Source of the DNA: Eledone cirrhosa
Taxonomy: Eukaryota
NCBI GenBank assembly: GCA_964016885.1
Contig: OZ024740.1
Span: 358,918,001-358,982,000 of the forward strand
Length of the DNA: 64,000 nt
Direction of reading: 5' to 3'
Positions 41,472-54,481 of this stretch are shown piece after piece. Within the stretch, counting starts at the first letter, position 1. Each line of letters begins with the position of its first letter. Position numbers and translations under genes: made by a program. The notes beneath the pieces are model-generated. The model did no database searches and had not been told where the DNA came from. It saw only the letters and a program-made list of their open reading frames with translations.

Positions 41472-41511
<40 letters not shown>

Positions 41512-41524
41512 GTAGAACACATTA

Positions 41525-41562
41525 CGAGCTGAGGATCGGCTAAGGTGAAACAATTGTTCTCG
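41525..41562 (+). ncRNA. Minimal type I hammerhead in an ~85-bp insert between (TA)n tracts
   Basis: cgag-CTGAGGA-tcggctaaggt-GAAA-caattg-TT-ctcg; stem II barely paired. Confidence 0.68.
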
Positions 41563-41589
41563 GTATGGTGAACTAACTGTTGTGTAACC

Positions 41590-41643
<54 letters not shown>

Positions 41644-41654
41644 GTGTGTGCGTG

Positions 41655-41697
<43 letters not shown>

Positions 41698-41867
41698 GTG
41701 TGTGCGTGTATGTATATATATATATATACCTGTGTGTGCGTGTATGTATATATATATATATATACCTGTGTGTGCGTGTATGTATATATATATATATATA
41801 TCTGTGTGTGCGTGTATGTATATATATATATATGTGTGTGTGTCTGTGTGTCTGAGTGTGTGCTTGT

Positions 41868-41979
<112 letters not shown>

Positions 41980-42535
41980 GTGTGAGTGTGTGCGTGACTT
42001 TGCATGAAAAAGAAAAGGAAAGCGTAAGAAAGTGAGTGGGCGATTGAAGAGGAGCGACGGTGGAACAGAACAAAGTATTTTATATGTTTCTCTCAATTTC
42101 TCGCTTATTGACAACCACATATAATATTACTTAATACTATATTCCCGGCTTTTAAAACGTAGAAACGTATAACTTCCTTTAATGGGTGATCATGATAGAA
42201 TATTTAGCTTCACACTGGAAATAGACAAAATATAGCACTAATGATTAATATAGATGTTTGATTGAAATCCTGTTTCAATTCATGCAATGGCGACAGGCAT
42301 TCGGCCAAAAACGGCTGAATTGCTCGTTAATACTTAATAATAACGAGTGTCTGCTGAACCTCGAAGCTGACAGCCAATGACCATACATCTTTTTCTTTGA
42401 TAATTTGATAATTTACTGCTATTGTATAGGTGCTCAGCATCACACAAATCAGTTCAGTGGAACTGTTTCAATGCCATCTCTGTTTACGTTATTTTCCAGT
42501 AACCAAGATAACTCAACATTTCAAAGATGGTATGC

Positions 42536-42594
<59 letters not shown>

Positions 42595-42595
42595 G

Positions 42596-42698
<103 letters not shown>

Positions 42699-43152
42699 TG
42701 TGTGTGTATGTTTGTTTATGTGTGGACACACGCACCAGTCGAATTTGTAGCGAGTTAAGAATTTAATATTTTCCTTAGTTAGTTTAGTGACCGGATGGTT
42801 TATTTAATTCACATATTTCTTTGTCAAATCTCTTTTGTCACTCACTCAGTCTCCTTCACAATAAGTATGGTTGCGCCCTGTGACTCCTCTTCTTTTTTTA
42901 TTTTGCTTTATTTACTCCAGCTTGTCATTCTGTGTTATGTATGCAGTATGTGCATGCCTACAGCCAACTGTTTACTGGCATTGGACAATAACATATTTGC
43001 ACTTTGACGAGTTCGCTTCTGTGTAATAGCTTTCGTATGTGGCAAATATTTGGTTCGACAGTTTATATTATTCCATATATGTATATATATATATATATAT
43101 AGTGAAAGAGTGAAGAATAACATAGTCAGCTGTACAAAAAGTGTTTTATTTA

Positions 43153-43267
43153 CAGTATTAACAATTGTTTCATTAATCAGGTGAGTCTAAAGGCCGCTGA
43201 TCGCTAGAAATTACGCCACTCGACTTTAAATACAGTGTGCGTCTCTGATCAAATCATCAGAATACTA
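43153..43267 (-). ncRNA. Type I hammerhead with large stem II insertion
   Basis: tagtatt-CTGATGA-t(ttgatcag...ctgattaa)t-GAAA(a)-caattg-TT-aatactg; one extra A in core. Confidence 0.68.
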
Positions 43268-46200
43268 GAGTGTGTAACACATGGCACTGGTGAATTAACT
43301 GAATGAAAACAATAACACCAATAATAAAAGATAATTAAAAAAATTAAAAAATCATAATTAAAAACATAATAAAAAAGTATAAAAGATATGAATGAGAATG
43401 ATAAAGATGTAAAAAATAAGTAAAAAATACGGTTACTAATAATAGTAGTAGTTGAAGTTATAATGGCGAGTAAGTGGATGTGTAAAATAGTGATGACACT
43501 AATGATAACAAAAATAACATGAAAAGAAATACGGTATATGATAGGCGAAATGTAGTGTATTGAGATTATGAGTTGGCGAAATAAAAATGCAAAAAGTACA
43601 AAACAATATCAGAGGATTAAAATAAAAAATAAAAAGAGAGAAAGAGAGAAAAAAATAGGAGATAGAGAATAAAGAATAAGGGTTCGAGGATGAGACATAA
43701 AGTGTATGACTAAGGATGAGGGAGTAGTAAATAGATAAATAGAGAATAAAAAGCGATCAAAGAACTAATGATAGCCTAGGCGAACTGGTGCCAACTCGGC
43801 CTCGGTTCCTATTTTGTGTAAGTCTCCCCTCCTCAATGCAAATGGAACGCAATCCAGAGCACAAGACTTTGGACAGCTTTGTGTACCTGCTTGACCAGCA
43901 CCGTCTGGTAAGTTTTTCGTCTGTCTCTCAACCCCATACCTGTTCTTGGCTAAACGCCGTGTCCTCGCAATCAACCGATATTATATTGAGCAGATTATAT
44001 ACGTATTGATGTTTGCTTGAGGTTCGGACTCTGGATCTGTCAGCAACAAAAATGCAGACGTGGATTCAAGGCTGACGCTTTCGGCCTTCGTCTACTCTCA
44101 TCCATCACAATGGCTATCGACTCTCACACAATGCTGCTCTCAACGAAACCATTGAATATGGCTTGAACGCCACTGACCCGGGTGTTAGTGGGTGAATAGA
44201 TGAGATGACAAAAGGCCACATAGTATCACAATCTTCTAGTTCCGCAGTATTGAGCTCTTCATCTGGGACGCGATATCTAAAAACCTATTCTCCAGTGATA
44301 ATTTGTGGCCTTTGGTGACACACCAAGGTCTCGTTATCCGACATGCTGCGAATAACGAAGTATCATCCACTTGCCGATAGGTTTGTCGTTAAACTTAAAA
44401 CGGTGGAAATTTATTGCGTCCCTGGCCCACCTCTCTACTCCCTGTTATCGGGGCAGAGTTGGCTACCCACAGGATAGGCCCCACGAGTGAGAATGGCAAT
44501 TTCAACCTGTCTAACGCTTTCACCATTGACTGCAGGGACCATGAGGTGGTTTACATCTGGGTTTTCAGCACACCAGAGAGCGTTTCTCACTCACGAACCG
44601 TGCATGTAGTATTGGGGCATCGATGATATAGTTTGTTGATATCTACAACTTCTATTGACACACACGCACACCACCACCACCACACTTACATTAGATTTAT
44701 AATAAAGAGATTATGTTATTTTTTACTATAATCTTTCGAATTTTTTCTTCAGTATTTTATTGTTTCCTACTGCTTTGTTCTTTTCAACATTACTGACCTA
44801 CAATTGAACATATCACAATCTAAGAAATAACTACACCCAACTCCAAATAAAAATGATCCCATTACCAGGTTGATATAAATTATCAATCCTGATCTCATTG
44901 CAAAACAAGCTGAAAACGTAGCTAATTAGAAGGAACCCAGACTAGACAGCAGAAGAACGCTAAAGTACACACGCAAACATTAAACGAAACTCTGCTGTAC
45001 AGAAGTATCACGAATTCGATGAATAAGGTCAAAACAATCCCAGTTATGAAGGAGAATGGGAAAGGAGCCTTCTACAAAATTTGTTGACACGTGAATGGGA
45101 ATGACGAGTATTGTCCGGTTAAACAGGTCTACGCTGTGTATGCACCTGGAGGAGAACAACTGAATAAAGGTACTTACTTTAGTGGCCGTGGTGATCGTGG
45201 TTTTTATGTGGTGCTTTCCACGAGTGATCCTTGGAAGTCTCCCTGCTTGGAGAATATTATTTGTTTTAATTTTATTACTTATTTTATTTTTGTTTTGTTT
45301 CTTATTATACATTTTTACGTTTCTAAAAAACCACTTTGTATAATGTTGTGCCGTCTTTAATGTACTATTTGCAAACTCTTCGTGATGAATAAAGAAATAA
45401 TCATTATTATCATCACCGTCATCACCACCATCATCATCATCATCCTCATCTTCAATACCATCAATATTATCATAATAATAATAATAATAATAACAACAAC
45501 AACCACAACAACAATTATCATTATTGCTGTTGCTGCTGTTAATCATTAGTATTCTCCCTAACAATTTAAATGGTTTCAGCTATCCTGTACGCTGCTTTGA
45601 TCAGACATTTTCATAGGATTGCAATAAAAGTTCACTTTTCAATTTGTTTGTACAATGATGCCAATAGAGTTTAGGATGTTGTTCCATTAACTGCATGTTA
45701 TTACTTGTTTACAAACTCTCAGATCTTACTGAAACATTACGTTGATGCTAATTCTGTTAAAACTATTTGATTTAATGGAATTAATTCGTAAATAATTACA
45801 AAATATTGTCTCTTGTTTAATTTCATTTCTTTTGCAAATATCAACTTGATAGCATACAGTCGTCTCGGATTTCAAATAAATTGGTAATGGGTACTCTATT
45901 CCTGTACAATAAATGGAAGCAAAAATCAATACTAACATGTCACGTAATTCTAAACTTACATTAATTTAATGCCTATCTAACAAACTAATTTGCTTGATGC
46001 AATCTTTAAGATGAATCTATGGTTGTATAAAATATGCTGAGACAACAAGTAATAAATGTGATCGAATTGCTTTCTCCTCTGCTATTTTACCTCGAGAAAT
46101 TATTTGGTTCTTTATATATTCTCTATAGGCATTGAAAGTTGTCGATTAACTAAATAAAATTTCTGACTTTTAAATATAACTGAAAAAGAATAGATTTCTC

Positions 46201-46371
46201 AATTCTATGTCTGTGAATGTATATTCGTATGCCTGTACTATTTAACATTTCCATGTCTTAGACACCAGCTGTTGCAATATATGATAACATTTCTCGAGAA
46301 ACGTAAATTCCTTTCAAAGTATCATATTCAAAACTAATACTGCATTCTTTTTGTGTTACTTTTTCTTCCAG

Positions 46372-46443
46372 AGATCTCAGTGTAAATAACATCTACCACC
46401 TTCCAGACTATGCGTTTGCCAACCTTCCAAAACTAGAAGAATT
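46372..46443 (+). CDS. Single 72-bp leucine-rich-repeat exon of a host gene, LGR (type B, LGR4/5/rickets-like) receptor candidate
   Basis: Polypyrimidine ttttcttccAG acceptor, GTAAGT donor, phase 2-2, encodes DLSVNNIYHLPDYAFANLPKLEEL. Confidence 0.85.
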
Positions 46444-46562
46444 GTAAGTTTTTTAAACTTTTAACATTGTTCAACTGTTTATCACCTAAACAACAGAGCA
46501 TCGAAATAAATGTCTTGCGAAATTAAGTTTCATTACCCCCACTATAAATACTAAACTACACA

Positions 46563-46750
46563 TAATTGTTTCTACCTTTTGCACACGGTCAGAAATTATC
46601 CCAGTGTATTACTGGTGCTTTATTTTATCGACCCCGTAAGCATGAAAGGCAAAGTTAATCTTGGTGGGATTTGAACTCAGACCGTAAGGATCGTAACTCT
46701 CTGCTGCAAAGATCGGCGTCCGGTCCTCTACAGATACTGCCAATTCACCT
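46563..46750 (-). mobile_element. Nin-domain tRNA SINE
   Basis: ttttatcgaccccgtaagcatgaaaggcaaagttaa core; head ...tactgccaattcacc. Confidence 0.8.
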
Positions 46751-46795
46751 AAACTACAAATAATGAACTCAGACAGACATGGCATTTGTGTCTCA

Positions 46796-49032
46796 GATGG
46801 TGCGCAGATGGTGTGCAGGAGTATGGGATTAAAAATATAACATCCCGAAACTGACAACCATGTTCAATGACTGCTTGATGTCAGGTGAGGTACCAGAGTG
46901 GTTGATAAAAGGTACCACAGTTCTGGTAATGAAAGACCGAATCAAGGGTAATGATGTTACCAACTATAGACCTATCACATGTCTGTCCGTAATGTGGAAA
47001 CTGTTGACAAGCTTTATATCTGAGGAAATCTACCATCACCTCCACACAAACAACTTGTTACCAGACGAACAGAAAGGATGCCGAAAGAAGTCCCGTGGTA
47101 CAAAGGACCAGTTACTTATTGATAAGATGGTAATGAGGAATTGCAAGAGGAGACACACTGGTCTTGCCATGGGATGGATAGACTACAAAAAGGCATTTGA
47201 CATGGTGCCTCATTCTTGGATCACCAAAAGCCTAGAGATCTTCAAGGCGGCAGATAACATCAGACAGTTGTTGGGCAAAAGTATGAAGTCCTGGAAAACA
47301 GAGTTAAGATCAGCTGGAGAATCCTTGGGAGGCGTGAAGATAAAGAGAGGTATCTTTCAGGGAGATAGTCTGTCCCCTCTGTTGTTTGTCCTTGCCCTGA
47401 TGCCCCTGACCATTATACTGCGAAAAGTGAGAGCAGGATACAAGTTGGGAAAGGGAGAGCTTACCATCAATCACCTCCTCTTCATGGACGATCTTAAGCT
47501 CTTCGGGAAGAGTGAGAAGGAGTTGGATGTGCTTGTTGAGACTGTCCGTATTTTCAGCAATGATATATGTATGCAATTTGGTATTAGTAAGTGTGGAGTC
47601 CTTGTGATGAAGAGGGGTAAATTGAGCAGAAGCAACGGAATCCAGGTACCAACAGGTGAGATGATAAAGGAAATTGACACTGAAGAAGGATACAAGTATT
47701 TGGGTGTTCTGGAGGCTGATGACATCAAGAACCAAAAATGAAGGAATTGATAAGATCTGAATACATTCGGAGAGTAAGGAGCGTATTAAAGTCACATCTG
47801 AACAGTAGGAATGTCATAAGTGCAGTAAATTCCCGAGCTGTGTCTATTATTAGGTACAGTGCGGGAATTCTGAGATGGAATGTTGCTGAACAAAAAGAAA
47901 TGGATAGGAAGCTATTGACTATCTACATGTTCCACAAGAGGAGTGATGTCGATAGACTCTACTTAAGGAGATCTGAAGGTGGAAGAGGTCTTATCAGCAT
48001 AGAGGACTGTGTTCAGATGGAGAAAAACAACCTACACAAATACGTGACTGATAGTAAGGAGCCAATGCTCAGAATTGTACTGAAGGAGAGGACAATAGAC
48101 CAGGGGATGTCCAAGGAGGAAATAACAACAAGGAGAAAGAGCAGCCTTCATGAAAAATCCCTTCATAGTACCTTCTTTGAGAAAACTGAATTCAGAGATC
48201 CACAGACATGGAACTGGTTGAAAAGAGGAGACCTTAAAAAGGCTACAGAAGGAATGCTAATGGCTGCGCAAGAGCAGGCTATCAAAACGAAGTGGTTGAA
48301 ACACCATATTTACAAGGAGGAGGCTAGCCCACTGTGCAGGATCTGTGGAGAGAGAGAGGAGACTGAGGTTCACATTGTATCCGAGTGTAAAGACCTAGCC
48401 CAGACTCACTATAAGGGCTGGAGACATGATGTGATGGGCAGGATGATCCACTGGCACCTATGCAAAGTAAACAATTTACCACATTCTGAGAAGTGGTATG
48501 AGCATAAGCCAGAGTCGGTGATAGAAAACGATCAGGTGAAGGTGCTGTGGGATTTTAGGATACAGACGGACAAGAAACTGGAACACAATAGACCTGACCT
48601 GGTGGTTTTGGACAAGGAAAAAAGATCGTGCCTGATTGTGGATGTGGCCTGCCCATTCGATACGAGAGTGCAAGAGAAGGAGAGAGTGAAAATTCACCGA
48701 TACCAGGACTTAAAGTGGGAGGTAAAAAGGATTTGGCACTGCCATGAAGTCAAAGTGGTCCCGCTTGTCATAGGCGCACTAGGTACTATCTCAAAAAGTT
48801 TCCAGGGATGGTTAAAGAAAATTGGCCCCGCCACGCTTTTTGGAACGCTTCAAAAGGCATGCTTGCTGGGAACAGCAAGAACCCTCCGATACGTCCTGAA
48901 TATCTGAGGCTGCAGGTAGTGGCTTGATATTCATTTCAACAAACTTTCCATTTAACTAACATCAATGACTGAGACTCAAAGAACAATAATAATAATAATA
49001 ATAGTAGTTATAATAATAATAATAATAATAAT
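46796..49032 (+). mobile_element. R4/Dong-like RLE retrotransposon, 5'-truncated, young, (TAA)n tail
   Basis: RT-zinc finger-RLE coding region followed by short 3' UTR and (taa)n. Confidence 0.92.
46860..48907 (+). pseudogene. RT + CCHC finger + restriction-like endonuclease, one evident frameshift at ~47738
   Basis: [71 protein letters not shown]. Confidence 0.93.
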
Positions 49033-49284
49033 GATTTCTTTATTAAACACAAGGGTTTACATAAAGTAGACATTAAGGACAGTACAGGATAATACGGGGC
49101 AGTACAAATGGGCATTTCTGCGTGTAAAAAAAACAAGAAACAGAGGATGTAATAATAGAACAATGAAAAAATTACCCAATAGGGGGGAGACTTCCGAGGG
49201 ACATTCGTGGAGAAAGCCCATTAAAAAGCCACAGTGACTCTGACCACCAGGGCAAGTGCCCTCTCCCAGTTTTCCACCTTTAAT

Positions 49285-52272
49285 TTACAGACACATACTC
49301 AGAGTAGGCCCATTCACTCGGGCCTTTCTTGCCTCTCTCACCCATCTTTCAACAAAATGCTGGGAAGAGAGCACTTCCCTTTCTACCCTGATTTTCCTTT
49401 TCAAATGAAATTTGAAAAAGTCAATCAGGGCATCACCGAAGGGGTAAGTGCTCGTCTTCAGCCCTTTCAAACGTGTCCACCATACTATCTCTTTCGCCAT
49501 GGTCACCAGACTGATAAAAACTGCCTGCCCTTCCCTGCTAAAGGAAGAGGGCGGGGCAATCCTCACGATGGACTCAGATGATAGCCGGATCCGTCCTACA
49601 CGCGACAGCAGGTGTTCGACATAAACCCACAAGTCAGCAATTTTCGGACACTGGACGAGTGTGTGCAGGACGGTTTCGTCACCCTGCGCGCATCTCGGAC
49701 ATGCCCGGCTGACGGCACATCCATGCCTGTAAAGTTTATCTCGAACAGGCAAGGCTCCTCGGTAGCACTGCCAGGCCAGAGATTTCTGGAAGTTGTCCAT
49801 AGGCCTCGGCGTCGCTCTTCCCCTCCACTAATCCTCTATAGAACGCTGAGGTGGAGTTTCCACCGATCACATTGCCCGATTGGTCGAGGGCTGTGAGCGC
49901 CTGAAGACATTCCAGTCTCCAGGCACTCCCTCTCGGTCTTCGCTTTACCCAGGATTGCAGCTCCATCTAGGAAACGAGCTGGGGAAATACGTGTTTAGCA
50001 AACGGCGACCACACCTGATCACCGTCGAGGAAGAGGTGGAGATGTCGTAGCCTGAGCGCGTGTCTGCGCATCATCAGCCACGGCATGCCCAGCCCTCCAC
50101 GTAGCGGGTGTTGACAACAGATGGACCGCCTGACTATCGGAGCGCGTCCCTTCCACAAAAAGCGAAAGAGCAAACGTTCCAGAGCAGTCAGGCGGGGCTT
50201 AGGACAAGGTACGACGGTCAGGCGGTAGCAGCTGACAGACGCGATGTACGCGTTGGCCACCTCCGCTCGACGTTTCAGGGATAGCTTCCTCTCCGCCCAT
50301 TTCTGGGTGAGAGAAGCCACCCTGCTCGTCACCTCGTCCCAGTTTTTGTCCGTCTGGATGTCCGGACCGAACCAGACCCCTAGCAATTTAAACGGTCCGT
50401 CCGTCCAACGTCCGACGACGCTGTTGGACGGCATAGACCTGCCTCTCCAGGTGCCGAGCTGCAGGCCCACTGACTTTTCCTGGTTGATCATTGCTCCTGT
50501 CACCGCTTCGTATTCTCTTAGTTTGTGCCGATCGCCTCGATGTGTTTGGCGTTCGACACGACTACGGTGACATCGTCCGCATATGCTGACACGGATCTTC
50601 CGCATCCTAGTTCGCGCGGGACGCCCCTCAACGTCTCCAGTTTGTGCAGTAATGGCTCGAGAGTCAATACGTACAAGAGGGACGAGAGGGGACATCCTTG
50701 GCGGACCGAGCGCATGATGTTGAACGGTTCCGAAAGGTGACCGTTCACTCTCACCACAGAGCAAATGTCGCTGTGCATGGCAGCGATCCAGCCTCTGAAG
50801 ACGGGCCCAAAGCCAGCCGCCCTCAGGACTGCCGCTAGGTAACGATGGTCGACCCTATCGAAAGCTTTCGACTGATCTAAATTGATCAAAGATCAACCCG
50901 TGCCAGGTTCTCTAGATACCTTCTCTACGATGTATCGCATGAGGTGGAGGTTGTCGTGGATGGATCTGTCGGGAATAGCGCATGTCTGCGCCTCTCCCAC
51001 CAGACCACCAACGACAAGCGCCAACCTCTTTGCTAGCACCTTGGCCAAAATCTTGAACTCTGTGTTTAGCAGAGTTATGGGTTTGAAATTATCTACATAC
51101 ATTTGCCCGGAATCGAGTAGCATGCGCCCGTCGTGGTCCACCAAAGACCGGATCTTTCCATGACGCGCCTCCGCCACTCGGGCCTATTGAACGGCTTTCG
51201 TCCCCTCGTGTCTGAGAGCACGCACCCTAGCTCTGACAACGCAGCCTTCGTGCTTTGCATTGAATAATTGGTCAAGGGCCAATTTCGCCGCAAGTACGTC
51301 GGTCGCGATGCCTTTGCTAAGCGCCTCGTCTAATTTTCTAACTAGTTCTCCCTCTGCTCTATTTTTCTCTATTGCTAAAGCCTTACTAAACCTAATGGAC
51401 TCTATTCTAATCGCTCTTTTCAGAGCAAACCACCACTTGTTGTTGACGTTGGCCCCCGTCAACGCCCGCTTAACTAGTTCGCTAATCGGGTCTCTGTAGG
51501 CCTTGCGCGCTGGTAAGGACGCGTTTAGCTTCCAGTAGCCGGGTCCTCGTCTATGAAGCCTATCTAAGTCAAGCAGACAGATCACCGATTTTTGGTCCGT
51601 GTAGCTGACTATCTTGAATTGTGGACAGCCTATGCTAGACCTATCTATTTCCCTACAAAATACTCTATCTAGATATGATCTGTATGACCCTATGCGATTT
51701 GTTCAAGTCCACATTTGTACATTCGGGAAATGCAATCATTACCTGTCAGACAGTTCAAAACGCCTGAGCAGGTTGGTGAGGCTCTTGCACCCTCCTCCCC
51801 TATCCGCTAATCCCACACAGTACCAGCGTGCATCTAAGATACCGTTCCAGTCGCCCACTAACACTAAAGAACGGGACGTTCCAAGAAAGGTCTCCAGACG
51901 CCGGAAGAAATCAGGCCGCCCTGCTCCTGTCGGGGCATATACGGCCACTTGCCTGAAAGCTTGCCCGTCTCCGCTCGTCACGTCTAGCACCACCAACTTA
52001 CCTTCTGGGTCCGGGAAGATGGCCCGTATGGCGAGATCCAAACCTCTCCGAAAAAGCACAGCAACTCCTCCCCCCGATCCCGGACGGCTGGGAGATGCGT
52101 ACACATCGTAGCCGCCGAAGATCGGTGCGAAGGCCCGTGCTTCGGAGATTCTGGTCCCGCTGATGGCCACTACATCTATATTTAGTAACCTGAGGTCGTT
52201 GAGCAGGTGGCCCTGCTTCCATGACGACCCCAAGCCACGCGCATTTATGCTGCCTATTCTGAGTGAGGTCAT
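49285..52272 (-). pseudogene. ORF2 (APE-RT-zinc finger) of Tx1-like copy 3, frameshifted with RT N-terminal deletion
   Basis: GSINARGL, VGDWNGILD, YWKLN, VRQGCPLS, AYADD, CPRCAQGDETVLHTLVQC; KSPGLDG block absent near 51100. Confidence 0.92.
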
Positions 52273-52306
52273 GTTGAAATGGAGTGGAAAAGATGGGAAA
52301 GACCAC

Positions 52307-53857
52307 TTACCTTACTTCTCGTAGAGGAAGTATGGTGTGTCCATCCTTTTCACTGCTTGTGGCCTCCTCCGGAAGGATGTCTTTATAAATCCTCCTGGAG
52401 AGTGTTTGTCGGAAGTCTCCGATGTCTTTGGGGAATTTTTGTTTTAGTGTCGTGTACGTTTTCTGTGTGATGTGAGTGATTTGTATGTGTGAATGTGGTG
52501 TGAAATTTTTAGTTGTTGTGTAGTCTTTTTCTGTGATGCTGGTGTTGTGTTGCATGTAGTGTAATAATTGGTTTTTGTTCAAATTTAATGCTGTGTAGTG
52601 TGTATCGTTTTGGTTGTTTTGTTTTGTTTGCGTTTGTTGTGGGTTTGTTTCTGTTACGCTTTTTGGTGATTTTTGTGGTGTTGGTGATGGTGGTGTTGGG
52701 GTTAATGATGGTAATGGTGTTGGTGTTTGTGGTGATGGGGTTGGTGATGCTGGTGTGGATGGTGGCATATCTGTCTTAACTTTCTTGTTTGCTAATTTAT
52801 TTGTTTCCCTCTGTATTTTGTTTTTGGAGAGGGAGGGAAGAGAATTTTTTCTTTTTTGGTTTCTTTTTTTCTTTTTTCCTGATACCGTTTCCCACTCCTC
52901 GTCGTCACAATCTGTCTCCAGTTGCGATAAGCCGGGGAGTGGAAAATCCTCCAGAGGCGTTGGTTTTGGTTGTGGCGTGGTGGATGGTGTAGGCGCTGGT
53001 GCTATTTCTGGGGCGTTGGGTGGTGGTGGTGTTGGTTTTGCTACTGTTGCTGGGGTTGTTGCTGTTACAGTTGCTTCTGTTGTTGCTGCTACAGTTGTTG
53101 CTGCCATTTCTGTTGCTGGTGATGTTGATGGTTGAGTCACTGGGGTGGGTAAGAGAGGTGGTCTCAACCTTTTAGCCTGAGGGCAGAAAGCCCTTAGGTG
53201 GTTTCCTTCACCACAAACGACACACCTTGGTCTTCTGCCCTCGACGATTACGGTGAGGTGGCTGCCGTCAGTGAGATCTATTACCTCTGGGAACTCCTCA
53301 ATGCTTTTATGGTCCGCTTGGATCAGGAGCTCCATCCCAGATCCTGACCTGTTCTCCTGCTTTTCTTTTGCTATTTCTATTATTTTGGTGTTGACCTCGA
53401 TGCCGGCGAGGACGGCAGCCATTAGCCAGGGAATTTCGATGGCCGGTGGAACGTGGGTCACCCTGATCTTCACAAGTCTCTGGCCACAATAGCTTGGGAT
53501 GAGTGTGAAGTCGTCACTTCTTAATGGGACCATGGAGTGTTCTCTGGCCTCCTGTGGTGTTTCAAAGAACACGTACACGGTTCCATACTTCTGCCCACGT
53601 CTGACGTGGGTTTTCTTTGCCCACACATGTCCCAGAGCTTTTTGGATTTGGGACTCAGATGCCCGTTTCACTCGGCGCGATTTTATATTTATTGTCCGAT
53701 AAGACACGGTGCATAGGCGACGTTGCTCAATTTTATTAGGTGGGGGGGTGAGGCTGACCCTGTACCCATCTTTCTTTACCATTTCTTTGGCTTCGTCTAA
53801 TTCTTCCTGAGTTACCTGGATCGCTTCGCACGTTTTTGCTACTCTGGCAAAACTCAA
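52307..53857 (-). CDS. ORF1 gag-like nucleic-acid-binding protein (open 516 codons; true start uncertain)
   Basis: CX2CX4HX4C knuckle CVVCGEGNHLRAFC; RRM-like N-terminus; EWETVSGKKKKR; Pro/Thr-rich tail. Confidence 0.8.
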   Translation of the reverse strand: MSFARVAKTCEAIQVTQEELDEAKEMVKKDGYRVSLTPPPNKIEQRRLCTVSYRTINIKSRRVKRASESQIQKALGHVWAKKTHVRRGQKYGTVYVFFETPQEAREHSMVPLRSDDFTLIPSYCGQRLVKIRVTHVPPAIEIPWLMAAVLAGIEVNTKIIEIAKEKQENRSGSGMELLIQADHKSIEEFPEVIDLTDGSHLTVIVEGRRPRCVVCGEGNHLRAFCPQAKRLRPPLLPTPVTQPSTSPATEMAATTVAATTEATVTATTPATVAKPTPPPPNAPEIAPAPTPSTTPQPKPTPLEDFPLPGLSQLETDCDDEEWETVSGKKKKRNQKRKNSLPSLSKNKIQRETNKLANKKVKTDMPPSTPASPTPSPQTPTPLPSLTPTPPSPTPQKSPKSVTETNPQQTQTKQNNQNDTHYTALNLNKNQLLHYMQHNTSITEKDYTTTKNFTPHSHIQITHITQKTYTTLKQKFPKDIGDFRQTLSRRIYKDILPEEATSSEKDGHTILPLREVR

Positions 53858-54446
53858 GGTAGTTTTCTTAATTTCATTGTTGCTGTTGTTATTATCGTTA
53901 TTTTTGCTATTGTTAATTTTAGTTTCAGTTGTTGTGTTGTGGTGGTGGCGTCAGTGGTGTTCGGTGTGGAAGAGTTCATTTTGGTTGAATTCATTTCGAT
54001 ATCATGAGTTAATTTATTTTTTTCTTTTCTTTCTGTTGTCGCTGTGGTGGTGGTGGGGGTGGTGGTTGTCGCGGTGGCGGCTCTAACACCTGCAGTCATT
54101 GGTAATAGCGGGAAATGAACGTCTGCCTGAGACAAATTTAAAATATTGCTACTGCTTACAATTCCAGTGTTGGCAAACGTAGCAATATTTACAATGGTGG
54201 TGTCGGTGTGAGGTGTTGGATTGTGAGGAAGGAGTGAATCTAAGAAAAAATTTTGTTTGATAATTATAAAAAGTTTAAATTTCGGCTCAAGGCCCCAATA
54301 TTTTTGAGTGTCCTTTTCAGAAATCAATGTATGTCCACTTATATACACTTAACAATAAAAAGTTTCCATAAATGGCAATTTTAAACAACTGAAAATAACA
54401 AACCTTTGCGGAGCTCACGATGATACGATGTATTACGTAGGTCGCC

Positions 54447-54481
<35 letters not shown>

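Larger units (their letters stand above)
49033..54446 (-). mobile_element. Tx1-like L1 retrotransposon, copy 3, apparently full length, flanked both sides by (TAA)n
   Basis: AATAAA-like 3' end at ~49040; (taa)n resumes at 54447; ORF1 and disrupted ORF2 inside. Confidence 0.9.
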
